IMG/VR virus record: IMGVR_UViG_3300045988_159412
Reading direction: 5' to 3' (one strand)
DNA length: 57,634 bases
Source of the DNA: a virus
The notes under the pieces were generated by a model, which worked only from the letters and a program-made list of their open reading frames with translations, ran no database searches and was not told the DNA's origin. The position numbers and the translations under genes are program-made. This document shows positions 34,158 to 43,378 of the stretch, in pieces; the stretch's first letter is position 1; every line of letters begins with the position of its first letter.

Positions 34158-34562
34158 TTACATGAATTTGGAAAGGGCGTTTTTTGTGAAATCGTCAATG
34201 GGTAAAACAAAGTTAGCATAGGGCATATGGGTAATAAAATCCTTGTCCTCAATTAGTGGCGTAATTTCCCCAGAGAAGGTTCTATTTGAAATGTGGAGGT
34301 AATAAAGAGATTTCAAAAAATCTTTATTAGGTTCACCCTCTAAACCAAATGCTTCTGGATAAAAAGCTCGAAGGTTCGTGAGCTTCTTTACGGAAAGTTG
34401 TATAGGCATCCATTTAGCCTTATTCCACACCATTGGAGTGATGTTGAACCCCGCCCGTTGCATCATGAGCTTGCAAAGGGCTTCGTTAGTATTGGCGAAC
34501 TTGGAGAATGCTTCTAATTGTTCTGTTGGTAGTGCTTTCGTCATGTCGTTTTTGTACCACAT
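34158..34562 (-). CDS. hypothetical protein, ~134 aa (mirror of 23073..23477)
   Basis: Exact reverse-complement copy. Start uncertain. Confidence 0.45.
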   Translation of the reverse strand: MWYKNDMTKALPTEQLEAFSKFANTNEALCKLMMQRAGFNITPMVWNKAKWMPIQLSVKKLTNLRAFYPEAFGLEGEPNKDFLKSLYYLHISNRTFSGEITPLIEDKDFITHMPYANFVLPIDDFTKNALSKFM

Positions 34563-34631
34563 GTTTTGACATGCACAAGAAAAAAAATAAAAAAAGATTG
34601 CCATGTGTGGGAGAAAAGATACAATGAGGGC

Positions 34632-35486
34632 ATGTCAGACAACCCAGAACAATTGACCACAGTCCCGGCAGAAGGCTTATCCATGATAGCACCTCTTGCT
34701 GGGAATCCGCTTGCTAACGTACTTTCCAACAAAGAATCGCTAGAGGCGCTTGCCTCTATATATATAGCAAAGCAGATGCCGAGAAACATGATGGAGGTTT
34801 CCTCCAAAATTAGACAGCTTTGCTCGTTCCGTCATTTGGCTAACACCGCATTCTTCGAATACAAAAGGGGAGGTTCTAGTATTTCAGGAGAGACAATCCA
34901 TTTAGCAAATGCGTGCCTTACCGCTTATGGGAACGCAGAAGCTGGGTGGAGAAAGATAGGTGAACATGTAGATGAAAAAGGAAGGGTTTGCTCCGACTGT
35001 ATAGCTTTCTGTTGGGACAAAGAAAACAACATAAGAAGGGAGATAGCCTTTTCTGTTCCGCACCACAGGGACACAAAAGACGGTGGATATCCTCTTACGT
35101 CCGATAGAGATATTTATGAACTTTGCGCTAATATGGCCTCTAGACGCATCAGGGCGTGCATTTGGGCGGTATTGCCGGACTTCATTAGGCAAGAGGCGGC
35201 AGAGGCTTGCCAAAACACGCTAAGAGCCACAGATACACCCATTGCTGAAAGAATAAATGGATGTGTAATAGCCTTTTCCAAAATCGGAGTCTCCAAAGAA
35301 ATGCTTGAGGCTTACCTTAAACACAAAATTGAGACTAGTAAGGAATCTGAAATAGTAATGCTTATTGGTCTATTCAACGCCATTAAAACCGGGGCCATAA
35401 GTAAAGACGAAGCTTTCTCCAATGAAGAAGACAAGTCGCCAGAATCGCCAATATTCAAAAAGAAAGAAAACAATGAAAACGCTTAA
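34632..35486 (+). CDS. putative single-strand annealing/recombination protein, ~285 aa (mirror of 22149..23003)
   Basis: Exact reverse-complement copy. ATG MSDNPEQ at 34632; the track's 34566 start is a TTG. Confidence 0.5.
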   Translation: MSDNPEQLTTVPAEGLSMIAPLAGNPLANVLSNKESLEALASIYIAKQMPRNMMEVSSKIRQLCSFRHLANTAFFEYKRGGSSISGETIHLANACLTAYGNAEAGWRKIGEHVDEKGRVCSDCIAFCWDKENNIRREIAFSVPHHRDTKDGGYPLTSDRDIYELCANMASRRIRACIWAVLPDFIRQEAAEACQNTLRATDTPIAERINGCVIAFSKIGVSKEMLEAYLKHKIETSKESEIVMLIGLFNAIKTGAISKDEAFSNEEDKSPESPIFKKKENNENA

Positions 35487-35550
35487 ACATCTACTGTCTA
35501 ACATTGTATGGATTATGAGTTTGAGGCGTATGTAGATTGGGAGCCAGAAG

Positions 35551-36696
35551 ATGAATAACAAAAAAAATACACGAGAAATAATGAAAACAAAAGATACGGA
35601 AAGACAAGGATTGCCTTCATGTTCCAGCCTAGCACGTCTTGCGTTATGTCCGCACTCATTGAGATATGACGTTGAAGGAGTAGAGACAACCTCTGAAATG
35701 GCTGAAAGAGGCAACAGGATTCATCAATACCTTGCATACCAAAACATACTACTCACCGAAGAAGAGACGAAGCTCATGCTTGCATGCAAAAGAATTGTGA
35801 CCGAAGTTGCGTCGATTTGGGCGGGAGAAGACAAGTTCGAGGAATTGATGAAGGAGGAAAGGTGTTTCTTTTTCGATGGGGACAATGCACTCTTTTCTGG
35901 GAAACCCGACGTGGTTTTAGGTAAGTCTGACGAAGAGGGATTTCATTTATTGATTATCGACTACAAGACAGGGCCTTTAGAGCCAGAGTCAACACAAATA
36001 AACCACCAGCTTAGAGGGTTGGCCCTATGTTGCAAGCAACACATCGAAAGGAATTATCAGGACTGCAAAATAAAATCAGTCTCTTGTGCCATTGTTCAAC
36101 CTCTGGTGACTTCTTATCCTGTTATTGTGAGGTACAGCGAAGAGGACATCAAAGAGGCAGAAAAAGAAGTCATTGAGATATGCGAACGCACCAAAAAGGA
36201 CCTTCCACCTCAAGCTAACAGCTATTGCAGGTACTGCAAGGGTTTTGCTGAATGCAAAAAGCCGTTAGAGGTGGTGCAAACAATCACTACCCCCGCTACA
36301 GCTTTTTCTTCTAAGCTGAAACAAATGAATCCAGAAGAACGCTCTAAGCTATATTTTACAGCTAAATTGGCCTCGAAGGTGGCCAAAGAGATAGAAGAAT
36401 CATGTTATGAGTTGCTGAAAAATGGCGAAGAGATTGACGGCCTTGGTTTAAAAGAAGGAAATACGGTTCGTAGCTTTAAAAACGAAGGGTTATCTAGGGT
36501 TCAGCAAGTCATTCCTCTAGGGGACATGATGGAAGCCGTTAGTGTTTCAGTCTCTAAGCTGGAAGAGGCTTTTCACAAACACCAAAACATTGTGAACGGG
36601 AAGCAGTCTAGAAAAGCATCGAACGAACAATTCAATAAAATCTTTGGAAGCTATATCGTCGAAAAAAAACAGAAAGAAAGGATAGTTAAAAAATGA
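35551..36696 (+). CDS. Cas4/RecB-family PD-(D/E)XK nuclease with 4-Cys cluster, 381 aa (mirror of 20939..22084)
   Basis: Exact reverse-complement copy. Confidence 0.7.
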   Translation: MNNKKNTREIMKTKDTERQGLPSCSSLARLALCPHSLRYDVEGVETTSEMAERGNRIHQYLAYQNILLTEEETKLMLACKRIVTEVASIWAGEDKFEELMKEERCFFFDGDNALFSGKPDVVLGKSDEEGFHLLIIDYKTGPLEPESTQINHQLRGLALCCKQHIERNYQDCKIKSVSCAIVQPLVTSYPVIVRYSEEDIKEAEKEVIEICERTKKDLPPQANSYCRYCKGFAECKKPLEVVQTITTPATAFSSKLKQMNPEERSKLYFTAKLASKVAKEIEESCYELLKNGEEIDGLGLKEGNTVRSFKNEGLSRVQQVIPLGDMMEAVSVSVSKLEEAFHKHQNIVNGKQSRKASNEQFNKIFGSYIVEKKQKERIVKK

Positions 36697-36905
36697 GCGC
36701 AAAAAATCCAAAATGTCCAATATGTCATAACGAGTATTTCATTGTTAAGGATATCGTGTTTACTGGCCTTGGTAAACAAGGCTATCCTTTTGGAAAGAAG
36801 GCATATATCCCTAAATGTTCTAATTGTGGGTATCAACTCGACCCGTGTTCCTCGGAGGAAGAAACTCTTTTTAGAATGCAACGACGACGAACCAGAAAAG
36901 GGTGA
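36693..36905 (+). CDS. zinc-ribbon protein, 70 aa (mirror of 20730..20942)
   Basis: Exact reverse-complement copy. Confidence 0.5.
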   Translation: MSAKNPKCPICHNEYFIVKDIVFTGLGKQGYPFGKKAYIPKCSNCGYQLDPCSSEEETLFRMQRRRTRKG

Positions 36906-37012
36906 AAATCTATGATAATTGTTGATTTATTCGATATTCTCACGGTCTCATTTTTAATCGTGTTGGGGATTATTTTAATTATACAATATATTATATTCAA
37001 AATAAAAGGAAA

Positions 37013-37228
37013 ATGAATGCTGAACAAAAAGATTTTTTGAAGTACGGAGAAGCCCTTGGAATCCTGAAAGAGCGAAAAAGCCTCATGCGCTTCACGGAAG
37101 GCTTCAAAGAATGCGGCGATTACCACGGAGAACCCCGGATAATGTACGGCGTTGAAGATGCCATCCGTGACGCATGGCAGAAGCGTGCCGCGTGCAGGAA
37201 TATTACAAACAAAGGAGATAATGCGTAG
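37013..37228 (+). CDS. hypothetical protein, 71 aa (mirror of 20407..20622)
   Basis: Exact reverse-complement copy. Confidence 0.4.
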   Translation: MNAEQKDFLKYGEALGILKERKSLMRFTEGFKECGDYHGEPRIMYGVEDAIRDAWQKRAACRNITNKGDNA

Positions 37229-37610
37229 CATGGATTTGTTTCAATATGAAAGGAAGGTTAGAGTGTACAATATCGCCAAACAAATATGTAATGTTTTCAG
37301 TAAATTTTTAGGTGTTAAAGAGACTGTCCCACAGCTCAAAAAACATCTCAAGGAAGAGGTAGAAGAACTTCTTTCGGCCAAAAACAAGAAGGAAATGGCG
37401 TTTGAATGTGCAGACGTTATCATCCTTTGCATGAGAATACTTATCGTTAGCGGCTACAAAGACCCTCTTGCTATCATAGACAAAAAAGGTAAGATTGTCC
37501 TCAACCGCCTTGAAAAAGCAGTAGGAATCCAAATGAGAACACCCGGACTAGACGGGCGTGAGGCGTATAGGTTGGCAAAACAAGAACTAGAATATGGAAA
37601 AGACAACTAA
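37221..37610 (+). CDS. MazG-like NTP pyrophosphohydrolase, ~129 aa (mirror of 20025..20414)
   Basis: Exact reverse-complement copy. aaaggagataATG at 37211-37223. Confidence 0.65.
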   Translation: MRSMDLFQYERKVRVYNIAKQICNVFSKFLGVKETVPQLKKHLKEEVEELLSAKNKKEMAFECADVIILCMRILIVSGYKDPLAIIDKKGKIVLNRLEKAVGIQMRTPGLDGREAYRLAKQELEYGKDN

Positions 37611-37854
37611 AAGGGGGCGCCCTCCTAGGAAAAAAGAGCCAGAAGCAGAGGTTTTGCATACAACTGCGGAAGCAATTTGCGAAATTCAGAAAAATCCAGA
37701 TACAGAATTTGAACAAAACTCTGTGTTCGGTGTTGTGGTGCTGAAAAGAAGCCGCAATGGAGGGATAGTGATGACTCAAAAGGACTCCCGATTTGAGCTT
37801 GTCGATTTCAGATTCCCATTATCAGAGAAAAAATCATGGAAAAAGACAAAGTAA
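37594..37854 (+). CDS. AT-hook-like small DNA-binding protein, 86 aa (mirror of 19781..20041)
   Basis: Exact reverse-complement copy. Confidence 0.5.
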   Translation: MEKTTKRGRPPRKKEPEAEVLHTTAEAICEIQKNPDTEFEQNSVFGVVVLKRSRNGGIVMTQKDSRFELVDFRFPLSEKKSWKKTK

Positions 37855-38402
37855 TCGCCAACGTTTTTAGAGATTTCAGTTGTTGGGTTGGGCTGGATTT
37901 ATCCCTGACAGCAACAGGGCTTTCCGTCCTTTACCAAGACATCAAGCTGGACGGCTACAGATATACCCTCACAAGCCCCCACAAGGGGCCTAGGCGGCTC
38001 TCCGAGTTCGCTAACCATATAAAGCTCGCCGCAGAACAAATATTGGCCTACAGGCCCGCTAGCGAAGTTCTGGTGTGTATAGAGAATTATGCCTTCTCGC
38101 AGTTTGGGAAAATCGTCCACCTAGGAGAACTTGGCGGCGTTGTGAAACAAAACCTGTTTGATGCAGGATTGTCCAATATTCTGGTTTACCCTCCGACTAC
38201 CCTGAAAAAATTCGCAACAGGGAAAGGTGTTGCAGAGAAAGGGCTGGTGATGACCAATGTTTACAAACGCTGGGATGTAGATACATCCAACAACAACGAA
38301 GCGGATGCATACGTCCTCTCTCGTTTAGGCCATTGTTTATGCTATCCTGAAACTTACACAGAGTTCCAGCGTGAGGCGTCTAAAAAATTCCAGCTGGCAT
38401 AA
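37836..38402 (+). CDS. RuvC-like Holliday-junction resolvase, 188 aa (mirror of 19233..19799)
   Basis: Exact reverse-complement copy with the same RuvC motifs. Confidence 0.85.
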   Translation: MEKDKVIANVFRDFSCWVGLDLSLTATGLSVLYQDIKLDGYRYTLTSPHKGPRRLSEFANHIKLAAEQILAYRPASEVLVCIENYAFSQFGKIVHLGELGGVVKQNLFDAGLSNILVYPPTTLKKFATGKGVAEKGLVMTNVYKRWDVDTSNNNEADAYVLSRLGHCLCYPETYTEFQREASKKFQLA

Positions 38403-38407
38403 TAGGC

Positions 38408-38761
38408 ATGCTATACATAAACAAGCTTACCGATAAACAGTTTTATAACGTTCTCGGAGGTTATGCTAAAGGAGTGAGACTAAGGAAGCTCCTCAAGAGA
38501 TACCATTATACGCCTAACATGTTCATCAAGGACACTTTGAGGGGGAATAAAATCAAGGCTATGGACTTTTGTTTAGCGGCCAGCAAACACTTTCAACGCC
38601 GGGCAGAGCTATACAGAAAAGACTTTAAAACCAAGAGATGTATTCCTCTTAACCTGATAAACCCCCGAAGGACAAGACGGGCGGGGATTTCCGCTTACCA
38701 CAAACAGGCTCCCTTGTCTAAAATGGAGTTGGAGAAAATAGATGATTTCTTTTTTGGCTGA
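38408..38761 (+). CDS. hypothetical basic protein, 117 aa (mirror of 18874..19227)
   Basis: Exact reverse-complement copy. Confidence 0.5.
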   Translation: MLYINKLTDKQFYNVLGGYAKGVRLRKLLKRYHYTPNMFIKDTLRGNKIKAMDFCLAASKHFQRRAELYRKDFKTKRCIPLNLINPRRTRRAGISAYHKQAPLSKMELEKIDDFFFG

Positions 38762-38764
38762 CAG

Positions 38765-39271
38765 TTATTTTTTCTTCCTGCCAATCCGTAACCAGTTTGC
38801 GGCCTTGTTCATCCATTGAGCGGCGCTTTGAGCAAAAACCTTTCCGTCGCCGATAGCGGCAATATCTTTGGGGTCGCCCATATTGGCAAGCTCAATATCC
38901 ATGAAATCAATCCAGCCGGGGAGGCCCTTAAACTCTGTGCAGGGGTTGAATCCGTATTGTCCCCACCCCTCTTTTTCCAACAAAGAATGCGACGTATGAA
39001 GAAGCCTGAAACCAAAAGGCCCTTGAGTATTTGAAGAGACGATTTTCTGATAGGTACTGCGATTAGAAGTGACGTATGATGTCCGCAACCGCAAGATAAA
39101 ATCAACCTTCATATTGTCCCACCTGTTAGACATAAACAGGTTCACATCCCTTGTGAGAGGAACTATGTCCAGAGATGGCTTTAGAAGCTCTTTATCCAGA
39201 AGTTCTACTAGGTTTGATGCGATATTAGTTAGAACTTTATCTTGCTTGTCGATAGCGATAATGACATTCAT
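38765..39271 (-). CDS. hypothetical protein, 168 aa (mirror of 18364..18870)
   Basis: Exact reverse-complement copy. Confidence 0.5.
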   Translation of the reverse strand: MNVIIAIDKQDKVLTNIASNLVELLDKELLKPSLDIVPLTRDVNLFMSNRWDNMKVDFILRLRTSYVTSNRSTYQKIVSSNTQGPFGFRLLHTSHSLLEKEGWGQYGFNPCTEFKGLPGWIDFMDIELANMGDPKDIAAIGDGKVFAQSAAQWMNKAANWLRIGRKKK

Positions 39272-39513
39272 TTGTTTTGAAGAGAGGTAACAGTATAATC
39301 AATGCGCCGAATAAGCTCTACCTGTTGAGCCATTGCTTCTGAAATCTTCAATGTCGCATGAGCTTGGTCTTGTTGCAACTTTAGCATGTCCTGCCGCATT
39401 TTTACGTTGTCCTGATACAGAAAGAAGCAACATACCAAAGGAGCGAACAGGATTACAATCTCCTTATAATCCTTAACAACTTGAAGAAGAGAAGCAATTT
39501 TTGTTGTCGGCAT
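39268..39513 (-). CDS. small membrane/coiled-coil protein, ~82 aa (mirror of 18122..18367)
   Basis: Exact reverse-complement copy. Confidence 0.45.
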   Translation of the reverse strand: MPTTKIASLLQVVKDYKEIVILFAPLVCCFFLYQDNVKMRQDMLKLQQDQAHATLKISEAMAQQVELIRRIDYTVTSLQNK

Positions 39514-39518
39514 TAACG

Positions 39519-39911
39519 TCACTTCTTGAGTTTTTGGACGACAGGAGGCTTGCCGGAGATAATGAGGTTCCCGTTTTCGTCAACGCTATAGCTAATCTGC
39601 CCGCCCTGTTCACCAGACAAAGTAAAGGATGTGTTGGCACAACCAGTAGTACAGAAAAAGGCAATAACAGCACCAATGATGGCGCTGACAAGGGCAATCC
39701 ATTTGGCAGGAACACCCTTTTCCTCTGCAAACTCTGCCGCATGAGTCAGGACGATAGAAGAATATCCTTCGTCAAGCATCCATGTGGCAAGCTCACACGC
39801 CTTGGTGTGGTCTTCGGGAACACTAGTATCTAACCCAGCCTGAACAGCAACAGCCTCTACTAGCGCTTCGAACGTGTAAGTTGTCTTCATACATGGACAA
39901 ATAACATTCAT
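39519..39911 (-). CDS. membrane protein, ~130 aa, holin-like candidate (mirror of 17724..18116)
   Basis: Exact reverse-complement copy. Confidence 0.5.
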   Translation of the reverse strand: MNVICPCMKTTYTFEALVEAVAVQAGLDTSVPEDHTKACELATWMLDEGYSSIVLTHAAEFAEEKGVPAKWIALVSAIIGAVIAFFCTTGCANTSFTLSGEQGGQISYSVDENGNLIISGKPPVVQKLKK

Positions 39912-39924
39912 TGTTTTCCTATAC

Positions 39925-39972
39925 AAACAAAAACTCCGCACTACTAACGCATTTTACGCCCGTAGTGCGGAG
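39925..39972 (-). terminator. terminator or leader hairpin (mirror of 17663..17710)
   Basis: Exact reverse-complement copy. Confidence 0.55.
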
Positions 39973-40096
39973 GTCTTACGAGGGAGCCGGGAAGGTTGAC
40001 CTACGGTATATACCACACTTCCTACTTTTATATGATTAGTTGTTTGATTTGGATTGATTTTCACCCTAGCTCATAAACTCATATGGCAGGGTTTTG

Positions 40097-40471
40097 CTAC
40101 ACCTTCCTAGCAACAAATAGTTGCTGACTCAAAACAGTTTTAATTTCATCTACTTGTGAAACTAAAAATGATTCTTGTCCGGCTACCTCATAAAGGTATT
40201 CGCAAATCTCGTCACATTCTTCCCTAAGCACCTCAAGTACTTCGTCATCACTAGGTGTCTCTGTTAAGGAAACCTCCTCCATAACGATGTCTTTATCGGG
40301 GCTTAGGGAATTGCCTGAATAGGACTCTTTGAATGTGTCGAAAAGCTTTGAACACTTTTTATACATTGTCCCTGTTGCCTCATGAACCCAACCTCGCTCG
40401 GTTAGCTCATGAACATTGTTCAGGAACGTTAAAAAGTTATTCAAGACTGCAAGGTTAATCTTCTTCTTCAT
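40097..40471 (-). CDS. hypothetical protein, ~124 aa (mirror of 17164..17538)
   Basis: Exact reverse-complement copy. Confidence 0.5.
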   Translation of the reverse strand: MKKKINLAVLNNFLTFLNNVHELTERGWVHEATGTMYKKCSKLFDTFKESYSGNSLSPDKDIVMEEVSLTETPSDDEVLEVLREECDEICEYLYEVAGQESFLVSQVDEIKTVLSQQLFVARKV

Positions 40472-40988
40472 CGGAACGCTTCGCCTCAATACTAGGGAAG
40501 CTAGCGCACTTATCAAGCCCAAATCCTCTGATGGTATAAATAAGAGGTTTGATAAATTCTTCCCAAGAAGCGGAAACGAAGAGCGCCTTTTTCAGCTTCT
40601 TCATGTAAGGCTTGGATTTAATCTTATAGAAATACTTTTTATCAAAGCCAATCATTTTGCCTTCGACTAGACCCGCCACAACAAGCGAATCAGTCTTAGC
40701 GTTTTCACCAACATGGAAAACAGGCGCTCCGATAAGATTGGAGATTTTCTTCTTAATGGTTGTTTTACCCTCTTCGGAAATCTCCAATTCGTCAACTAAG
40801 TCGATAGCGTCAGGACTGATTCTATACCAGACGTTGCAATCAGGATTTAAATCAATACCTTTCTTACACAAGTCTTCAAAATCAGTCATAAACATGGCGC
40901 TCCTAACAGGATTATCGTCAAACATGGCAATAAGTCCTCTCAACAGGCTTTTCGGAAATTCCTCTCCGTTTATTTTTTTTCGTTCCAT
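40455..40988 (-). CDS. hypothetical acidic protein, 177 aa (mirror of 16647..17180)
   Basis: Exact reverse-complement copy. Confidence 0.55.
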   Translation of the reverse strand: MERKKINGEEFPKSLLRGLIAMFDDNPVRSAMFMTDFEDLCKKGIDLNPDCNVWYRISPDAIDLVDELEISEEGKTTIKKKISNLIGAPVFHVGENAKTDSLVVAGLVEGKMIGFDKKYFYKIKSKPYMKKLKKALFVSASWEEFIKPLIYTIRGFGLDKCASFPSIEAKRSDEEED

Positions 40989-41787
40989 ACTATTTATTAG
41001 TTTTGGTTATTGGTTGTTTTTCGTTAGGAGCTACATGGTGTATTTCCTGAACGATGTAGCAATACTAATAAGCAACGAGAGAGTAATCAATGTTTTTTTT
41101 TTTTTTGAAAATGTCATACAAAAGAGAGAAAAGTTTTTGTTTTCCTCTCTTATAAATTCGCGCGCGCGTATATACGGTGTAACGTCCTTTGTGGTTGGAG
41201 ACGGTAGTTAATAACTTCGAAGTGGTCTATGTTATCGTTTCGCTAACACCTTCGAACTTGGCTCTCTTGTTAGCCGCTCTATGCAACCTGTTAGTCGAAC
41301 GAAGGAATAAAACTGATAATTAAATATTAAATGGTTTATTCTTACATACTTTCTCTAACCAACGTGTTCCAAATTAGAAATGTTTTTAAACCAATTCTTT
41401 TCTAATCCCGTTGTTTCTCTAACCAAGCCCACAACTTTGTTTGGCTCCATAGCCGATAGGCGTAAATCAAAACTTTTGAAAAATCATGAAGGATATGCTT
41501 GCCATATCCGAACTCTTTTCTTGTAGAGAACCAAGTTATTTGCTAAACACTTGGTTGTTGCTAACCACGAGGGAGATTGAGCCTTGGAGCGGCCAAAGGA
41601 AGACAATCAACTTAACCGCCCTGTTCCTTGAACAAGATTTTAACGACACACCCCTCAAAAAGTCAAGCCTAAAGTTTGACATCGAAAACGCTCGAAACGG
41701 AACATTGTGTGACATAAGTATATGGTTATTAGTTAATTATAGTTGTGTCATACAACACATATTTTTTACATCAGGCCTGTTTCAAGA

Positions 41788-41841
41788 CAAAAAAGAAGAG
41801 CAGCTTCGGGTAAAACATGAGAAAAAACCCCGAAGCTGCTC
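41788..41841 (-). terminator. 13-bp-stem hairpin plus T-run (mirror of 15794..15847)
   Basis: Exact reverse-complement copy. Confidence 0.5.
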
Positions 41842-42107
41842 CGCTCGAATATGCACAACGAAAGAAGAAATGAATTCTTCCAAGAGCATTAGACCAAATC
41901 CTGTTCCCTTGGTCAACTGTAAAGTTTTTCTTTACAGTTCATCGAACTTGTAAGGAAAGCTTACAAGTTGCTCGAACACGCATAAAAAACAGGACCCTCG
42001 CTTTTAACGGAGGCCCTGTCTTTATGACATTGAAACACCTATATACAGTGGCTACCGGAATAGCAACTGTTGGTATACTAGGATGAAGTGTTGTTCATGT
42101 CGAGTAT

Positions 42108-42471
42108 TTATTCTAACCTTGTTTCTGCTATCCATTTTAAGAACTCCATCAAATCCTTGTCTTTCTTTTTTAGAGCAGGAATCTCGCATGACGTGAAAAA
42201 TTTTATAGGTACGCGAGGGTCAGAAAGTTTTATTGAGGTGTGTCTAGCAGAAACTTCTATCTCTACAGTTTCTGACGGGTCATCAACGCTCGGGAAAAGC
42301 ACAGCTTCCGTGACAATCCAATCCTCTTTTAATGAGGCAAGTTCCTGTTGGTGTTGCACTAATGAAGCGTATTTCATACATGCCCTCTGGAGCATCTTCT
42401 GGGAGTGTCACAGCAACAGCACTGCCTGTGGCTAATTCAGCTGATTGGATTGTTGTATTATATAAGTACAT
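42108..42471 (-). pseudogene. two overlapping small ORFs, possibly a frameshifted gene (mirror of 15164..15527)
   Basis: Exact reverse-complement copy. Confidence 0.25.
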
Positions 42472-42484
42472 TGCTATTGATTAT

Positions 42485-42524
42485 AAAAGAGTTATGCCCC
42501 CCCCGAAATCGGGAGAGGGGACTA
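42485..42524 (-). terminator. putative terminator after the tail-fibre gene (mirror of 15111..15150)
   Basis: Exact reverse-complement copy. Confidence 0.4.
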
Positions 42525-43349
42525 TCACGCAGGCATATCAGACGTGACAAGCTGCTTGTCGCCGATAGCCCACATAGATTTGTCGGTTAGATAGTAAATA
42601 CAGTTGTTTGCTTTTTCGCTAAGAGCGTTATACTCCGCTTCCGTCATTTCCACATAGCCCATAGTTTTTTCCAACAGGCTCTTCACTTGGATAATATTAG
42701 CGTCAACGTAGTTTTTGTTAGCCGCTTGGTTTTGCATAGTAGGAATTGGAACTACAGGAGACGCAGAGAAGGTCTTAGTGCCGCCTATGGTTTGTGTTGA
42801 AATTATGTCAACAGTCTGCTGGAATCGTGCCTTAACATACCCTAGAGTTACAGCCTCTGTCGCTACCGTTGCTTCTGCAATTTTAAGGGGCTGTGTAAAC
42901 TTCCATTTCCCTGAAATGTTGTAGTCAGAAGCGGGGTCAAAGCTTTCGCCGCCACCGGACGACACACCGGGAACGGCGAGACTAAAATTTGCCGGTGTTA
43001 CAAGCCAGTTAATGCTACTATTACCTGCTTGCACATATACCCAAGAAGAAACAGCCACAAAGGGAATCTGCATAGAGTTCTCCACTTTCGTGTAAAGAAG
43101 AGAAAACATGTCAGGTTCGCTTTGTGTATCACTATCTGCCGCCAATAGTTCGACTTCTGCCGAACCAGAAGGGGCATTGACGGATAGAACATAGGATTTC
43201 CCCTGTTCTACCTTAGCAAAGCCGTTGGACGATTGTCCGTTGGAGCGAGGTGTGGCCGCCGCCATTGTCATGGGGACTGCCGCCACCTCTGGCTCAACAG
43301 AGGAAACCACTTCCGGCTCTACTGCTTTTACCTTTTTTTTTATTGCCAT
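42525..43349 (-). CDS. tail fibre protein, 274 aa (mirror of 14286..15110)
   Basis: Exact reverse-complement copy with the same fibre motif. Confidence 0.65.
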   Translation of the reverse strand: MAIKKKVKAVEPEVVSSVEPEVAAVPMTMAAATPRSNGQSSNGFAKVEQGKSYVLSVNAPSGSAEVELLAADSDTQSEPDMFSLLYTKVENSMQIPFVAVSSWVYVQAGNSSINWLVTPANFSLAVPGVSSGGGESFDPASDYNISGKWKFTQPLKIAEATVATEAVTLGYVKARFQQTVDIISTQTIGGTKTFSASPVVPIPTMQNQAANKNYVDANIIQVKSLLEKTMGYVEMTEAEYNALSEKANNCIYYLTDKSMWAIGDKQLVTSDMPA

Positions 43350-43378
43350 TGTTAGTGTTGGTTAGGTTGAGGGGGGGA